From the NCBI GenBank assembly GCA_963604715.1, contig CAVCSV010000008.1, positions 2,529 to 66,528 on the forward strand: DNA of 64,000 nucleotides, read 5' to 3'. The stretch is from Limosilactobacillus gorillae. GTDB taxonomy: Bacteria > Pseudomonadota > Alphaproteobacteria > CAAGCB01 > CAG-977. Each line of letters starts with the position of its first letter. Positions within the stretch are counted from its first letter, which is position 1. This document shows positions 39,549 to 49,143 of this stretch, one piece after another. A program made the position numbers and the translations under genes. Below the pieces are notes generated by a model. That model was not told the DNA's origin. It was given only the letters and a program-made list of their open reading frames with translations, and did no database searches.

Positions 39549-41561
39549 ATGAAACGGCTTTTATCTGTTTTTTGTTTATTTTCGGTGTTGTTTGCCTTTA
39601 AAGCGTCCGCTCAGGCGTCGATTCAGGCGGATTTAATCACGCAAAAGGAAGGTGTTTTGCCCGCGGGCGAATTGGTCGCCGCTTTGAAACTGACAATGCC
39701 CGACGGCTGGCACGTTTACTGGAAAAACGCGGGGGATGCGGGCGAGCCGACGGAAACAAAACTGACTTTGCCCGACGGTTTTTCCGAAACGGGACGGCTG
39801 TGGACGGTGCCCGAAAAATTTTCCGTCGGCACGCTGACGGAATACGGCTATCACGGACAGGCGTATTTTCCGATTAAAATCAAAGCCCCCGAACAACTGA
39901 AAACGGGCGAGATTCTGCAAATCAAAGCCAAAGCGACATGGCTGGCGTGCAAAGACGTGTGCGTTCCGATGCAGGCGGAGCCGACGGCGTTTGTCACAGC
40001 GGGAATCGAGGGGGATGAAAACGCGGAATTGACGGCAGTTTTGAATGAATTGGCACAGCCGCAGCAAGAAGGCGTTTTTTACGAAACGAACGGCGGGCTG
40101 GTTTTGCGTCTGCCCAAACCCGCCAAAGCCGAAAACGCCTATTTTTTCCCCGACAGCGGCAAAGTGCTGATGCACAACGCGCTCCAAACGCTGAAAACCA
40201 AAGACGGCGACGCGTTTTTGTTTTTGACAAAAGCCTTGCCCGAAGATTTCGAAAGTCCCGAAAAGTTGACGGGAACGGTTGTTTTTTATAACGGCTTGGG
40301 GGACAAAACGGCGGCGTTCGAGGTCGCCGCCGAACGCACGGCGGAACCTTTGCCCGTGTTTGAAACTTTTGTCTGGCGCGAATTTTTAAGCGCGCTGTTG
40401 TTCGCTTTGCTGGGCGGATTTTTGCTGAATCTGATGCCGTGCGTGTTCCCCGTTTTATCGCTGAAAGCGTTCAGTCTATTGTCCGCAAAAACGGACAAAG
40501 CCCAGATGAAACGCGAATCTCTGCTGTATACGGCGGGGGTTCTGGCGTCTTTTGCCGTCATCGGCGCGTTTTTGGTCGCTTTGCGCAAAGCGGGGGCGGA
40601 GCTGGGCTGGGGATTCCAGCTGCAATATCCGCCGTTCGTGCTGTTTTTAAGCCTGTTTATGTTCTTTTTAGGCTTGCTGTTTTCCGACATGGTTACCGTG
40701 GGCGAAGCTTTGTCGGGATTCGGCATGAATTTCAAGCACGGATTGGGACACTTCGGGACGGGAATTTTGGCGGTGTTCGTCGCCAGTCCCTGCGCCGCGC
40801 CGTTTATGGGGGTGGCTTTGGGATACGGGCTGATGAACCCCGCGCCCGTGACCATGGCGGTTTTGCTGATGATGGGGGTCGGATTGGCGGTGCCGTTCCT
40901 TGTTTTGGGATTTTTCCCGCAAACCGCGAAGTTTTTGCCCAAACCGGGGGCGTGGCTAATGCTGTTCCGCCGTTTTCTGGCTTTTCCGCTGTTCGGCGCG
41001 GCGGCGTGGCTGTTGTGGGTGCTGGCGGCGCAGGAGGGGTCCGTGGCGCTGGCGTGGGCGCTGACCTGCCTGATTTCGGTTGCTTTCGCGACATGGCTGT
41101 GCGGTGTGGCGCAAAGCGCGCCGAAATTCAAGCTGTGGGCGGGCTTTGCGGTCGCTTTGACGGTTTTGGGCATCGGATACGCTTTGACGGCTGTTTCGCC
41201 CAAGCGGGAAGCTGCGGCGGACAAAATCGAATGGATGGAATATCGGGCGGACGAGGTTGAAAATTTCCGCAAACAGGGTTTCCCCGTGTTTTTGAAATTT
41301 TCGGCGAAATGGTGTTTGACGTGTTTGGTCAACGACAAAACGACGTTCGCCGCCGCCGATACGGTTGAAGCGTTCAAAGAAAAAGGCGTCGCGGCGTTTT
41401 TCGGGGATTGGACGACGCGCGACGACAACATCACAGCGGCAATCGAAAGTTTCGGGCGCGGCGGTATTCCGCTGTATGTGTATTATGCGCCGAACGCCGA
41501 AAAGCCCGTGATTTTGCCGCAAATCGTAACGCCGTCCGAAATTCGGGCTTTATTGCGGTAG
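39549..41561 (+). CDS. dsbD: Thiol:disulfide interchange protein DsbD (protein-disulfide reductase)
   Basis: Three modules: an alpha domain (WLACKDVCVP), a CcdA-like TM core (LMPCVFPV) and a C-terminal thioredoxin domain (AKWCLTC). The start is taken at MKRLL. Confidence 0.85.
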   Translation: MKRLLSVFCLFSVLFAFKASAQASIQADLITQKEGVLPAGELVAALKLTMPDGWHVYWKNAGDAGEPTETKLTLPDGFSETGRLWTVPEKFSVGTLTEYGYHGQAYFPIKIKAPEQLKTGEILQIKAKATWLACKDVCVPMQAEPTAFVTAGIEGDENAELTAVLNELAQPQQEGVFYETNGGLVLRLPKPAKAENAYFFPDSGKVLMHNALQTLKTKDGDAFLFLTKALPEDFESPEKLTGTVVFYNGLGDKTAAFEVAAERTAEPLPVFETFVWREFLSALLFALLGGFLLNLMPCVFPVLSLKAFSLLSAKTDKAQMKRESLLYTAGVLASFAVIGAFLVALRKAGAELGWGFQLQYPPFVLFLSLFMFFLGLLFSDMVTVGEALSGFGMNFKHGLGHFGTGILAVFVASPCAAPFMGVALGYGLMNPAPVTMAVLLMMGVGLAVPFLVLGFFPQTAKFLPKPGAWLMLFRRFLAFPLFGAAAWLLWVLAAQEGSVALAWALTCLISVAFATWLCGVAQSAPKFKLWAGFAVALTVLGIGYALTAVSPKREAAADKIEWMEYRADEVENFRKQGFPVFLKFSAKWCLTCLVNDKTTFAAADTVEAFKEKGVAAFFGDWTTRDDNITAAIESFGRGGIPLYVYYAPNAEKPVILPQIVTPSEIRALLR

Positions 41562-42992
41562 CTTTCCGTCCGATATAGAAACCGTCAAAGTGTGCGCGAA
41601 TCCGTTTTCGGCTGTCGGGATGAAGCGGATTTTGGCGATTCCTGGCTTTTTGGCTTCGAAAACCTGACTCAGCCACGTTTCAGAATCGCGGGTTTCAATC
41701 GACAACGGCGTCAAAACGGGTTTGTAGTCGGTAATCAAGGCGTCGTCCGCGCTTTCCAAAACGATTTTGTAGTCGGTGTTGTCGATGTACTTGTGCGCGC
41801 CTTTCAGCGTCGAGGCGGTTTCGTGCAGCTTTGTGTAAACGATGATTTCGAACACGTCGCCCGTCATGACGGGAATGGCGCTTTCGGGTTTGTCCAGCGT
41901 CAGATGAATCGTCGACGGATTGGCGACGCGGAAATACAGCGCGCGGATGACTTCGTCGCTTTCGGGAAAGGGGGCGGGCGGCGTTTTTCCCGCCAAAGCG
42001 GGATTGGACGGCTGGTCGATGTCGAACGGCGCCCAAGCGGGCATAAAAGGAAAAAACTTTTTGTATTTGCCGTCGAACGCGTCGCGCTTCAGCGGAAACA
42101 GAAACGTTGTTTCGCGCACCATGTCAACGGGCGGCAAAGGCAGCTTTTTGGGATAAATCCTGCCGTTCAAATCGTCTTTGGTCAAAACGTCCGACAGCCA
42201 GAACGGCAGAAAACGCGTCAAGTACGCCGCTTGCAAAGGCGACAGTTTTTTTTGCGCTTTTTTGGCGATTTCCAAAAAACGGACGTTTTCCTTGCGGGGG
42301 GCGGTTTTGCTCAGGTGATTGCGGCCGACATCCGCCAAAATGAACGCCTGAACGTAGTCTTTCTTGTCCAGATAATACTGCGCCAGATTGTAAAAGGCAT
42401 AAGGGTTGTTCAGTAAAACGGCTTGCTTGAAGTATTGTTCCGCTTTTGCTTCGTCGGCTTTTGCGCCGATGCCGAACCGCGTGTACAGTCCAATGGAATT
42501 CAGCGCGTTCAGATGTCCTTTTTCGGCGGCGGCTTTGAAATTTTCGGCGGCGGCTGTGAAGTTGCGCGGGACGCCGATGCCCTCCTGATACAGCAAAGCC
42601 AGACTGTATTTTGCGGCAATGTCGCCGCGCTTGGCGTTGCCGACAAGCGTGTTGACGTACATACTGCCCGAAATCCCCGACAAGTCGGCTTTGTAACGCG
42701 GAACGATGCCCAGTCTGTCCAGCATGTCGGTTTCGCCTTTGTACAGGCGTTCCAGCCAAACGGAATAGGACGGCGCGTCGATTTTCTTTTCTTTGCGCAA
42801 AGCCTTAATCAGCCGCAGCAGGTAAACCGCGCTCGGCTGTTCTTTGGCATGCAGTTTCAGAATGCGTTCGGCTTCGTCGTAATCGCCTGCGACAAAAGCG
42901 TTCGCGCCGTCGTCAAAGGTGTCTTTTTCCGCTTCGGCGGCAGCGGCGGGAAAACAAAACAGCAAAGCCGACAAAAACAGGATTGTTTTCAT
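41550..42992 (-). CDS. Secreted Sel1-repeat protein with a C-terminal domain of unknown function (about 480 aa)
   Basis: Signal peptide MKTILFLSALLFCFPAAAA, followed by Sel1 repeats (LALLYQEGIGVPRN…), then a roughly 200 aa C-terminal region with no recognised family. Confidence 0.7.
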   Translation of the reverse strand: MKTILFLSALLFCFPAAAAEAEKDTFDDGANAFVAGDYDEAERILKLHAKEQPSAVYLLRLIKALRKEKKIDAPSYSVWLERLYKGETDMLDRLGIVPRYKADLSGISGSMYVNTLVGNAKRGDIAAKYSLALLYQEGIGVPRNFTAAAENFKAAAEKGHLNALNSIGLYTRFGIGAKADEAKAEQYFKQAVLLNNPYAFYNLAQYYLDKKDYVQAFILADVGRNHLSKTAPRKENVRFLEIAKKAQKKLSPLQAAYLTRFLPFWLSDVLTKDDLNGRIYPKKLPLPPVDMVRETTFLFPLKRDAFDGKYKKFFPFMPAWAPFDIDQPSNPALAGKTPPAPFPESDEVIRALYFRVANPSTIHLTLDKPESAIPVMTGDVFEIIVYTKLHETASTLKGAHKYIDNTDYKIVLESADDALITDYKPVLTPLSIETRDSETWLSQVFEAKKPGIAKIRFIPTAENGFAHTLTVSISDGKLPQ

Positions 42993-43618
42993 TCGCCCAG
43001 CTTTTTCATCAGCGTTTTTTGTTTTTTGATGATTTTTTGCCACCGCCCCGCCGCAAAAACATTCGGCGCATAATCCATTCTGCCGTTTTTGTTAATCAGC
43101 AGCAACGCCATTTTGGCGTTCAAATCGCCGTTTTTCGCCGCCATTTCATAAAAGCGGACGGCTTTGTGCGTGTCGGCGCGTCCGCCGCGTCCGTTTTCGT
43201 ACCACCCGCCCAGCAGCATTTGCGCTTCGGCGTCGTTTTGCAAAGCGGCGGATTCGGCATAAGCGTAAGCTTTGTCCCAATCGCCTTTTTGCGCGTACAA
43301 AACGGCAAGGGTCGTCTGCGCGGGAACATAGTTGAACAAAGCCGCCTTTTCGTAATACAGAAACGCGCGGCGTTCGTCGGGGGCAACGCCTTTGCCCGCA
43401 TAATACATCGCGCCCAGAATGAACGAAGCTTCGGGATTCGACATCAAATCCTGATTGCGGAACATCCGCAAAGCCGTTTTGTAATCGCCTTGTTCGTAAG
43501 CCGTCAGTCCGCGCGTCATTTCCGGTGCGGGCTGTTTTCGGGCAAAGGTGCAAAATCCCCCTGCGGCAAGGACGAAAACGGCGGCAAAAATCTGCAATTT
43601 TTTCTTCATACGCGCCAT
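42989..43618 (-). CDS. Secreted Sel1-repeat protein (about 209 aa)
   Basis: Signal peptide plus Sel1 repeats (ILGAMYYAGKGVAPD…, LLGGWYENGRGG). It overlaps the downstream Sel1 gene by ATGA. Confidence 0.7.
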   Translation of the reverse strand: MARMKKKLQIFAAVFVLAAGGFCTFARKQPAPEMTRGLTAYEQGDYKTALRMFRNQDLMSNPEASFILGAMYYAGKGVAPDERRAFLYYEKAALFNYVPAQTTLAVLYAQKGDWDKAYAYAESAALQNDAEAQMLLGGWYENGRGGRADTHKAVRFYEMAAKNGDLNAKMALLLINKNGRMDYAPNVFAAGRWQKIIKKQKTLMKKLGE

Positions 43619-43699
43619 ATTAAGCCCTTTCGTCAAAAAAGCCATTGTTTTTTTGCCAAGCGGTGTATAATACCCGCTTTAAAACAAAAGGGGATAAGG

Positions 43700-45037
43700 A
43701 TGTTTCCCGACAGGGCGCAGGTAAAAAGTTTCCGTTTCAAACGCTGTTTCTTTGATGAAACGGCGATGACGGCGCATTTGGTTTACGGTTTCGACGACTT
43801 TGTCGAATTCGATGAAACCGTGTCGTTTTTGAGCGCGCCCGCTTTCAACGAAACACGCCGCGCGGCGGTAAACGCGTGCCTGCGCCTGTTGCACTTGGCG
43901 GCGGGAGTCAGCTATTACAAGGCGTACATTCCCGAACGAATCGGCGTTGAATCGACGACGCTTTCAAAAAAGGAAGCGGATTTTTTCAATCTGTTCTACC
44001 AATCGGGATTGGGCGAGTTTTCCTATCGCAACCGCGTTGAACCGCACATTGATTTTCCCTTTGGCGATGTCACACCCGAACAGGCGGAAATCCGTTTGAA
44101 AAAACGGACAATCGTTCCCGTCGGCGGCGGCAAGGATTCGATTGTGACTTTGGAAACGCTGAAATCGGCGGGAATTTCACCCGTGCTGTTTTCCGTCGGC
44201 TTGCCGCGTCCGATAAAGGATACGATTGCGGTTTCGGGACAGGAATCGATTCAAGTCGTCCGCAAAATTTCGCCGAATTTGAAAGCGCTGAACGACGCGG
44301 GCGCGCTGAACGGGCATGTTCCCGTGACGGGGATTATCGCTTTTATTCTGATGCTGGCGGCGGTGATTTACGATTTTTCGGACGTCACGATGTCGAACGA
44401 ACGGTCGGCGAACGTCGGCAACACGACGCTGAACGGACGCACGGTCAATCATCAATGGAGCAAATCGCTGGAATTCGAGCGCGCTTTTGCCGACTTGACG
44501 GCGGACATTCTGCCCGATTTCCGTTATTTTTCGTTTTTGCGCCCGCTGTCCGAACTGTCGATTGCCCGCAAATTTGCAGAAATCAAAAAATACGATGCGG
44601 TTTTCACCAGCTGCAACAAAGCGTTCAGATTGGACGAATCCAAACGGCTTGACCGCTGGTGCGGGGATTGCGACAAATGCCGCTTTGTGTTTTTGGCTCT
44701 TGCCCCGTTTATGGGCAAAGAGCGCGTTACCGCCGTTTTTGCCCGCAACCCTTTGAACGAACCCGAACAAACCGAGGGTTTCCGCCAGCTGTTGGGGCTG
44801 AGCGCGTTCAAGCCGTTTGAATGTGTCGGGGAAATCGACGAATCCGCTTGGGCGTTTTTGCAGCTGTGCCGCCGCCCCGAATGGGAATCGGACGCCGTTG
44901 TCGCCGCTTTGAAGCCGTTAGTGATGGAAAAATACGCCGCGCGGGAAAAGGAAATGAAAGACAGGATTTTTTCCTTTTCATCCGCGCACTTGATTCCGAA
45001 AGGATACGAAAATGCTGTTGGAAAGCTTGAAGAATAG
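43700..45037 (+). CDS. PP-loop ATPase-like protein; a candidate UDP-MurNAc-L-Ala-L-Glu epimerase (MurL-like)
   Basis: PP-loop motif VPVGGGKDSIV and a C-terminal Cys cluster (WCGDCDKC). Its 3' end overlaps the start of a standalone MurD homologue. The track ORF starting at 42983 is over-extended. Confidence 0.55.
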   Translation: MFPDRAQVKSFRFKRCFFDETAMTAHLVYGFDDFVEFDETVSFLSAPAFNETRRAAVNACLRLLHLAAGVSYYKAYIPERIGVESTTLSKKEADFFNLFYQSGLGEFSYRNRVEPHIDFPFGDVTPEQAEIRLKKRTIVPVGGGKDSIVTLETLKSAGISPVLFSVGLPRPIKDTIAVSGQESIQVVRKISPNLKALNDAGALNGHVPVTGIIAFILMLAAVIYDFSDVTMSNERSANVGNTTLNGRTVNHQWSKSLEFERAFADLTADILPDFRYFSFLRPLSELSIARKFAEIKKYDAVFTSCNKAFRLDESKRLDRWCGDCDKCRFVFLALAPFMGKERVTAVFARNPLNEPEQTEGFRQLLGLSAFKPFECVGEIDESAWAFLQLCRRPEWESDAVVAALKPLVMEKYAAREKEMKDRIFSFSSAHLIPKGYENAVGKLEE

Positions 45038-46280
45038 TCCCGTTACCGTGTGGGGCGCGGGGCGCGAGGGCAATGCCTGCGCCGAATTTTTGCAAAAGCG
45101 CGGTTGCGCGGTCAAAATCGTTGAAGACCCGCTGACCGAACCGTTGCAGGGCGTTGTCGTCAAATCCCCCGGAATCAGCCGCTACCGTCCCGAAATCGCG
45201 GCGGCGAAGCAGGCGGGCGCGATCTTTACCACCGCGACGAATCTGTTTATCCAAGCCGCGCGGTTAAGTCCGAAAAAGCCTTTGCTGATTGGTGTGACGG
45301 GGACGAAAGGCAAATCGACGACCTCGTCCCTTATTGCGCATTTGCTGCGCGAACAGGGCAAAAAGGTTGCTTTGTGCGGCAATATCGGCGTTCCGTCGAT
45401 TTCGTATGCCGACAAAATCGACGACTTCGACATTTTTGTTTTGGAAGTGTCCAGCTATCAGGCGGCTGATTTGGAACAGGGATTCGACATCAGCGTCGTT
45501 TTGAACCTGTATCCCGAACATATCGACTGGCACGGAACGCACGAACGCTATTATCAGGACAAGCTGAACATCGTGCGTGTTCGTCCCGACGGCGCGCCCG
45601 TGATTTTGAACGCGAACGACCCGCGGCTGTCGCGTTATCTGCCCGCCGCTCAAAACGCCGTTTATTTCGACGCGCCCGATGCGATTCATATCGAAAACGG
45701 GCTGTTTTACGACGGCATCGAAAAGCTGTTTGCAACGTCCGCCGTCAACTTGAAGGGCGAACACAATCTGAAGAACGTGTGCGCGGCTTTGACGGCTGTC
45801 AAGCTGGCGGGCGGCGACCTGTTTTTGTGTGAAGACGCGCTGAAAACGTTTCACGCTTTGCCGCACCGTTTGCAGGAACTGCCCGTCAAGCACGGCTTGC
45901 GTTTCGTGGACGACAGCATAGCGACCACGCCCGAATCGACTCTGGCGGCGCTGAAGTCGTTTCCCGAAACGAAAATCGTTTTGATTGCGGGCGGGTATGA
46001 CAGAAAGCAAGATTATACAGAGCTTTCCGACTTTGTCGTGCGCAAAGGCATTCAAGTTGTGACTTTGCCGCCGACGGGCGAACGTCTGGCGCGCATGATT
46101 CGGGAAAAAGGCGGTTTTGCCGTCGAAGCGACCGATATGACAAACGCGGTCGAAACCGCCGCCAAAGCTGCCAACGCGGGCGATTTGGTGCTGTTGTCGC
46201 CCGCCGCGCCCAGCTACGGGGTTTACAAGAATTTCGAGGAACGGGGCGACATTTTCGCCCAATGCGTTACCGCGCTTTAA
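45012..46280 (+). CDS. MurD-family Mur ligase outside any dcw cluster; a candidate MurD2 (UDP-MurNAc-L-Ala:L-Glu ligase)
   Basis: Mur ligase motifs (GVTGTKGKSTT and a C-terminal domain). It is not flanked by mraY or ftsW and is translationally coupled to the upstream PP-loop gene. Confidence 0.6.
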   Translation: MLLESLKNSPVTVWGAGREGNACAEFLQKRGCAVKIVEDPLTEPLQGVVVKSPGISRYRPEIAAAKQAGAIFTTATNLFIQAARLSPKKPLLIGVTGTKGKSTTSSLIAHLLREQGKKVALCGNIGVPSISYADKIDDFDIFVLEVSSYQAADLEQGFDISVVLNLYPEHIDWHGTHERYYQDKLNIVRVRPDGAPVILNANDPRLSRYLPAAQNAVYFDAPDAIHIENGLFYDGIEKLFATSAVNLKGEHNLKNVCAALTAVKLAGGDLFLCEDALKTFHALPHRLQELPVKHGLRFVDDSIATTPESTLAALKSFPETKIVLIAGGYDRKQDYTELSDFVVRKGIQVVTLPPTGERLARMIREKGGFAVEATDMTNAVETAAKAANAGDLVLLSPAAPSYGVYKNFEERGDIFAQCVTAL

Positions 46281-46858
46281 CGCCGCGCCCTTAACGCGGT
46301 TTGGATTGTGCCGTCGTCCAGATAGTCCAATTCGCCGCCGACGGGGATGCCCTGCGCCAATGACGAGATTTTCAGCGGCAAATCCTTGAACCGTTCGGCG
46401 ATGTAATGCGCGGTCGTTTGCCCGTCGACGGTGGCGGGCAAAGCCAAAATCAGCTCTGCCGTGTTGTTTTCGCGAATCCGCCGTTCAAGGGCGGGCAGGC
46501 GCAGTTCTTCGGGACCCGTGCCGTCAATCGCGGACAACAGTCCGCCCAAAACGTGATAACGCCCCTTGAACGCGCCCGAACGGTCGATAGCCCACAAATC
46601 CGCAACATCCTGCACGACGCAAATCGTCGAATCGTCGCGGCGCGGGTCGGCGCAGACGGCGCACGGGCTTTGCGAATCCAGATTGCCGCAAATCGGGCAA
46701 ACCTGCACAGTGTCGATGACGTCTTGAATCGCTTTTTCCAGCGGAATCAGCTGCGATTCGCGCCGTTTTATCAAATACAGAACCGTGCGGCGCGCGGAAC
46801 GCGTCCCGAACCCCGGCAAACGGGAAAACAGACGAATCAGCGTTTCGATTTCGGACAT
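46277..46858 (-). CDS. recR: Recombination protein RecR
   Basis: Zinc finger CPICGNLDSQSPCAVC and a Toprim domain. Confidence 0.95.
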   Translation of the reverse strand: MSEIETLIRLFSRLPGFGTRSARRTVLYLIKRRESQLIPLEKAIQDVIDTVQVCPICGNLDSQSPCAVCADPRRDDSTICVVQDVADLWAIDRSGAFKGRYHVLGGLLSAIDGTGPEELRLPALERRIRENNTAELILALPATVDGQTTAHYIAERFKDLPLKISSLAQGIPVGGELDYLDDGTIQTALRARR

Positions 46859-46862
46859 TTTA

Positions 46863-47174
46863 TCAGAACGGCAGTTTAAAGGGCAGATTCAAGCCGCTTT
46901 TCATCGCATCGGTTTTCTGCGCGACCAGTTCGTCGGCTTTTTGCCGCGCGTCGTTGATTGCGACGACCAGCAGGTCTTCCAACACTTCGGTATCCTGCGC
47001 GACGGACGGGTCGATGCTGACTTTGCGCACCTTGCCGTCGCCCGTCATGACGACCTGCACCATGCCCGCGCCCGCCGCGCCTGTGACCTCGGCGGATTCA
47101 AGCTCTTTTTGCATATCGGTCATTTTCTGCTGCATTTGCTGCGCTTTTTTCATAATGTCGGCAAAGTTTTTCAT
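46863..47174 (-). CDS. ybaB: Nucleoid-associated protein YbaB/EbfC
   Basis: A 103 aa product of the YbaB family in the dnaX-ybaB-recR order. Confidence 0.9.
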   Translation of the reverse strand: MKNFADIMKKAQQMQQKMTDMQKELESAEVTGAAGAGMVQVVMTGDGKVRKVSIDPSVAQDTEVLEDLLVVAINDARQKADELVAQKTDAMKSGLNLPFKLPF

Positions 47175-48856
47175 TCTTCATCCTCCGCATTGGAAGTTTC
47201 TTCGTTTTCGTCAATCCGTTCGCGAATCGAATCGATTTTCGCCCCCGGAAAAGCCATGATGACCGCGGAAACAACAGGATTCGCCGACATCGTTTTGCGC
47301 AGGTTCGCTTTGGTTTCCTGCGCTTCCTGCAGCAATGTCTTGCCGCCCTGTTTGTTGACGACGGAAATCAGCCATGTTTGCCCCGTCCACGCTTTCAGCT
47401 TTTCAGCCATGTCGGACGCCAGGTTCGCAGGCGTGTTTTCCATGGGGTAGAATTCAATTTTGCCCTGCTCGAACGACACCAGACTGACGCAGTTTTGCAG
47501 GTTGTAGGCGAAGAGCATTTCCTTTTGTTTGTACGCGTACGCCACAACGTCCGCCAAGGTGTTGAACATCACCGTTCCCTGCGGCGCGGGTGTCGCCTGC
47601 GGCATCGGAGAACCGCCCGCGACGGCGCGCACGCCGCCCCAGTCGGACGATGCGACGGGGGTAGAAGAGTGACTCGGCGCAAAAGCGGGCGCGGGGGCGT
47701 TTTTGATGTCTTTCACCAAATCGGCGGGGGACGGCAAATCGGCGGCGTACGCCAAGCGAATCAAAACCATTTCGGCGGCTTGTTTCGCGGACGGCGCGGT
47801 CAGAACTTCGCCGACGCCTTTCAGCAGCATTTGCCAGTCGCGGGTCAGAACGCCCATGGACAGCGATTTGGCAAGCTCGGCGCAGCGGTCGCGCTCGGTT
47901 TGCGCCATGGACGGATCGTCCGCCAGTTCGGGCGCGATTTTCACGCGCGTAATCCAATGTGTCAAATCCAACAGGTCTTGCAGGACAATCATCGGGTCGG
48001 CGCCTGACGCGTATTGACGGTTGAACAAATCCAAAGCGGCGTGAATGTCGCCTTTCATCAATGTTTCGAACAAATCGACAATCGCCGCCCTGTCCGCCAA
48101 ACCAATCATCGCGCGCACGAATTCCGCCGTGACTTTTCCGCCGCCGTGGGCAATCGCTTGGTCCAGCAGGGACAGCCCGTCGCGCACCGAACCGTCGGCG
48201 GCTTTGGCAATCAGGCGCAAAGCCTCGTCTTCGGCTTCGACGTTTTCCTTTTGCACGATGTTTTTGAAGTGAACGGTCAAAAGCTCGGGTTCGACGCGGC
48301 GCAAATCGAAACGCTGGCAGCGCGACAGAACGGTCGTCGGCACTTTGCGGATTTCCGTCGTCGCGAAAATGAATTTGACGCGTTCGGGCGGTTCTTCCAG
48401 CGTTTTCAGCAAAGCGTTGAACGCTTCGTTGGTCAGCATGTGCACTTCGTCGATGATGTAGATTTTAAAGCGCGCGGACGTCGGATTGTAGCGCGTCGTT
48501 TCGATGATTTCGCGAATGTTGTCGATGCCGCGGTTGCTTGCCGCGTTCATTTCGATGACGTCGACGTGGCGGTCTTCCGCAATGGCGCGGCAATGTTCGC
48601 AAACGCCGCAGGGTTCGGTTGTCATGCCGCCCTTGCCGTCGGGACCGACGCAGTTCAAAGCGCGGGCGATGATGCGCGCGGACGTCGTTTTGCCCACGCC
48701 GCGGATGCCCGTCAGCATGTAAGCCTGCGCGACGCGACCCGTTTCGATGGCGTTTTTCAAAGTGCGGACAAGGGCTTCCTGTCCGACCAAATCCGCGAAC
48801 GTGGCGGGACGGTACTTGCGCGCCAAAACGCGGTAGGTGTTAGCTGAATCAGTCAT
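47171..48856 (-). CDS. dnaX: DNA polymerase III subunits gamma/tau
   Basis: AAA+ motifs (GIRGVGKTTSARI) and a zinc module (CGVCEHC). Confidence 0.95.
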   Translation of the reverse strand: MTDSANTYRVLARKYRPATFADLVGQEALVRTLKNAIETGRVAQAYMLTGIRGVGKTTSARIIARALNCVGPDGKGGMTTEPCGVCEHCRAIAEDRHVDVIEMNAASNRGIDNIREIIETTRYNPTSARFKIYIIDEVHMLTNEAFNALLKTLEEPPERVKFIFATTEIRKVPTTVLSRCQRFDLRRVEPELLTVHFKNIVQKENVEAEDEALRLIAKAADGSVRDGLSLLDQAIAHGGGKVTAEFVRAMIGLADRAAIVDLFETLMKGDIHAALDLFNRQYASGADPMIVLQDLLDLTHWITRVKIAPELADDPSMAQTERDRCAELAKSLSMGVLTRDWQMLLKGVGEVLTAPSAKQAAEMVLIRLAYAADLPSPADLVKDIKNAPAPAFAPSHSSTPVASSDWGGVRAVAGGSPMPQATPAPQGTVMFNTLADVVAYAYKQKEMLFAYNLQNCVSLVSFEQGKIEFYPMENTPANLASDMAEKLKAWTGQTWLISVVNKQGGKTLLQEAQETKANLRKTMSANPVVSAVIMAFPGAKIDSIRERIDENEETSNAEDEE

Positions 48857-48884
48857 GGAATCCCCGCGGGAAAATCTTTAAAGG

Positions 48885-48970
48885 AAATCGGACGCGACCC
48901 GCCGCAAAATCGTTACGGCTGCTTTCTTCCGAACCTGACCGGGTTGGCGACCGCCGCGTCCGCGCCGACT
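48885..48970 (-). ncRNA. ffs: Signal recognition particle RNA (4.5S RNA, ffs)
   Basis: The minus strand reads …GGACGCGGCGGUCGCCAACCCGGUCAGGUUCGGAAGAAAGCAGCCGUAACGAUUUUGCGGCGGGUCGCGUCC…. This carries the conserved domain-IV motif (GGUCAGGUxCGGAAGnAAGCAGCC) and a closing helix GGACGCG/CGCGUCC. It sits in the conserved position upstream of dnaX. The ends are approximate. Confidence 0.7.
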
Positions 48971-49143
48971 TCCGACATCTATTTACCCGAATTTCGTTCA
49001 AAAACGCAAGCGTTACTTTTTTATTAACGAAAAAAAGAGGATGCAAAGCCTTATTTTCAGCCGTTTTTTCAACAATGCTTGACAAACGGGGAAAAGTTGG
49101 TCTTTTCTGTTTTCCAATTTGTTTCTGGTAAGGAGAAAATTTG

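Noticed and set aside
42983-45037. A giant 684 aa plus-strand ORF
   Set aside because: Its first 239 codons are antisense to the two Sel1-repeat genes. A strong SD (aaggggataagg) precedes the internal ATG at 43700, which begins the conserved PP-loop protein. The long form is an over-extension.
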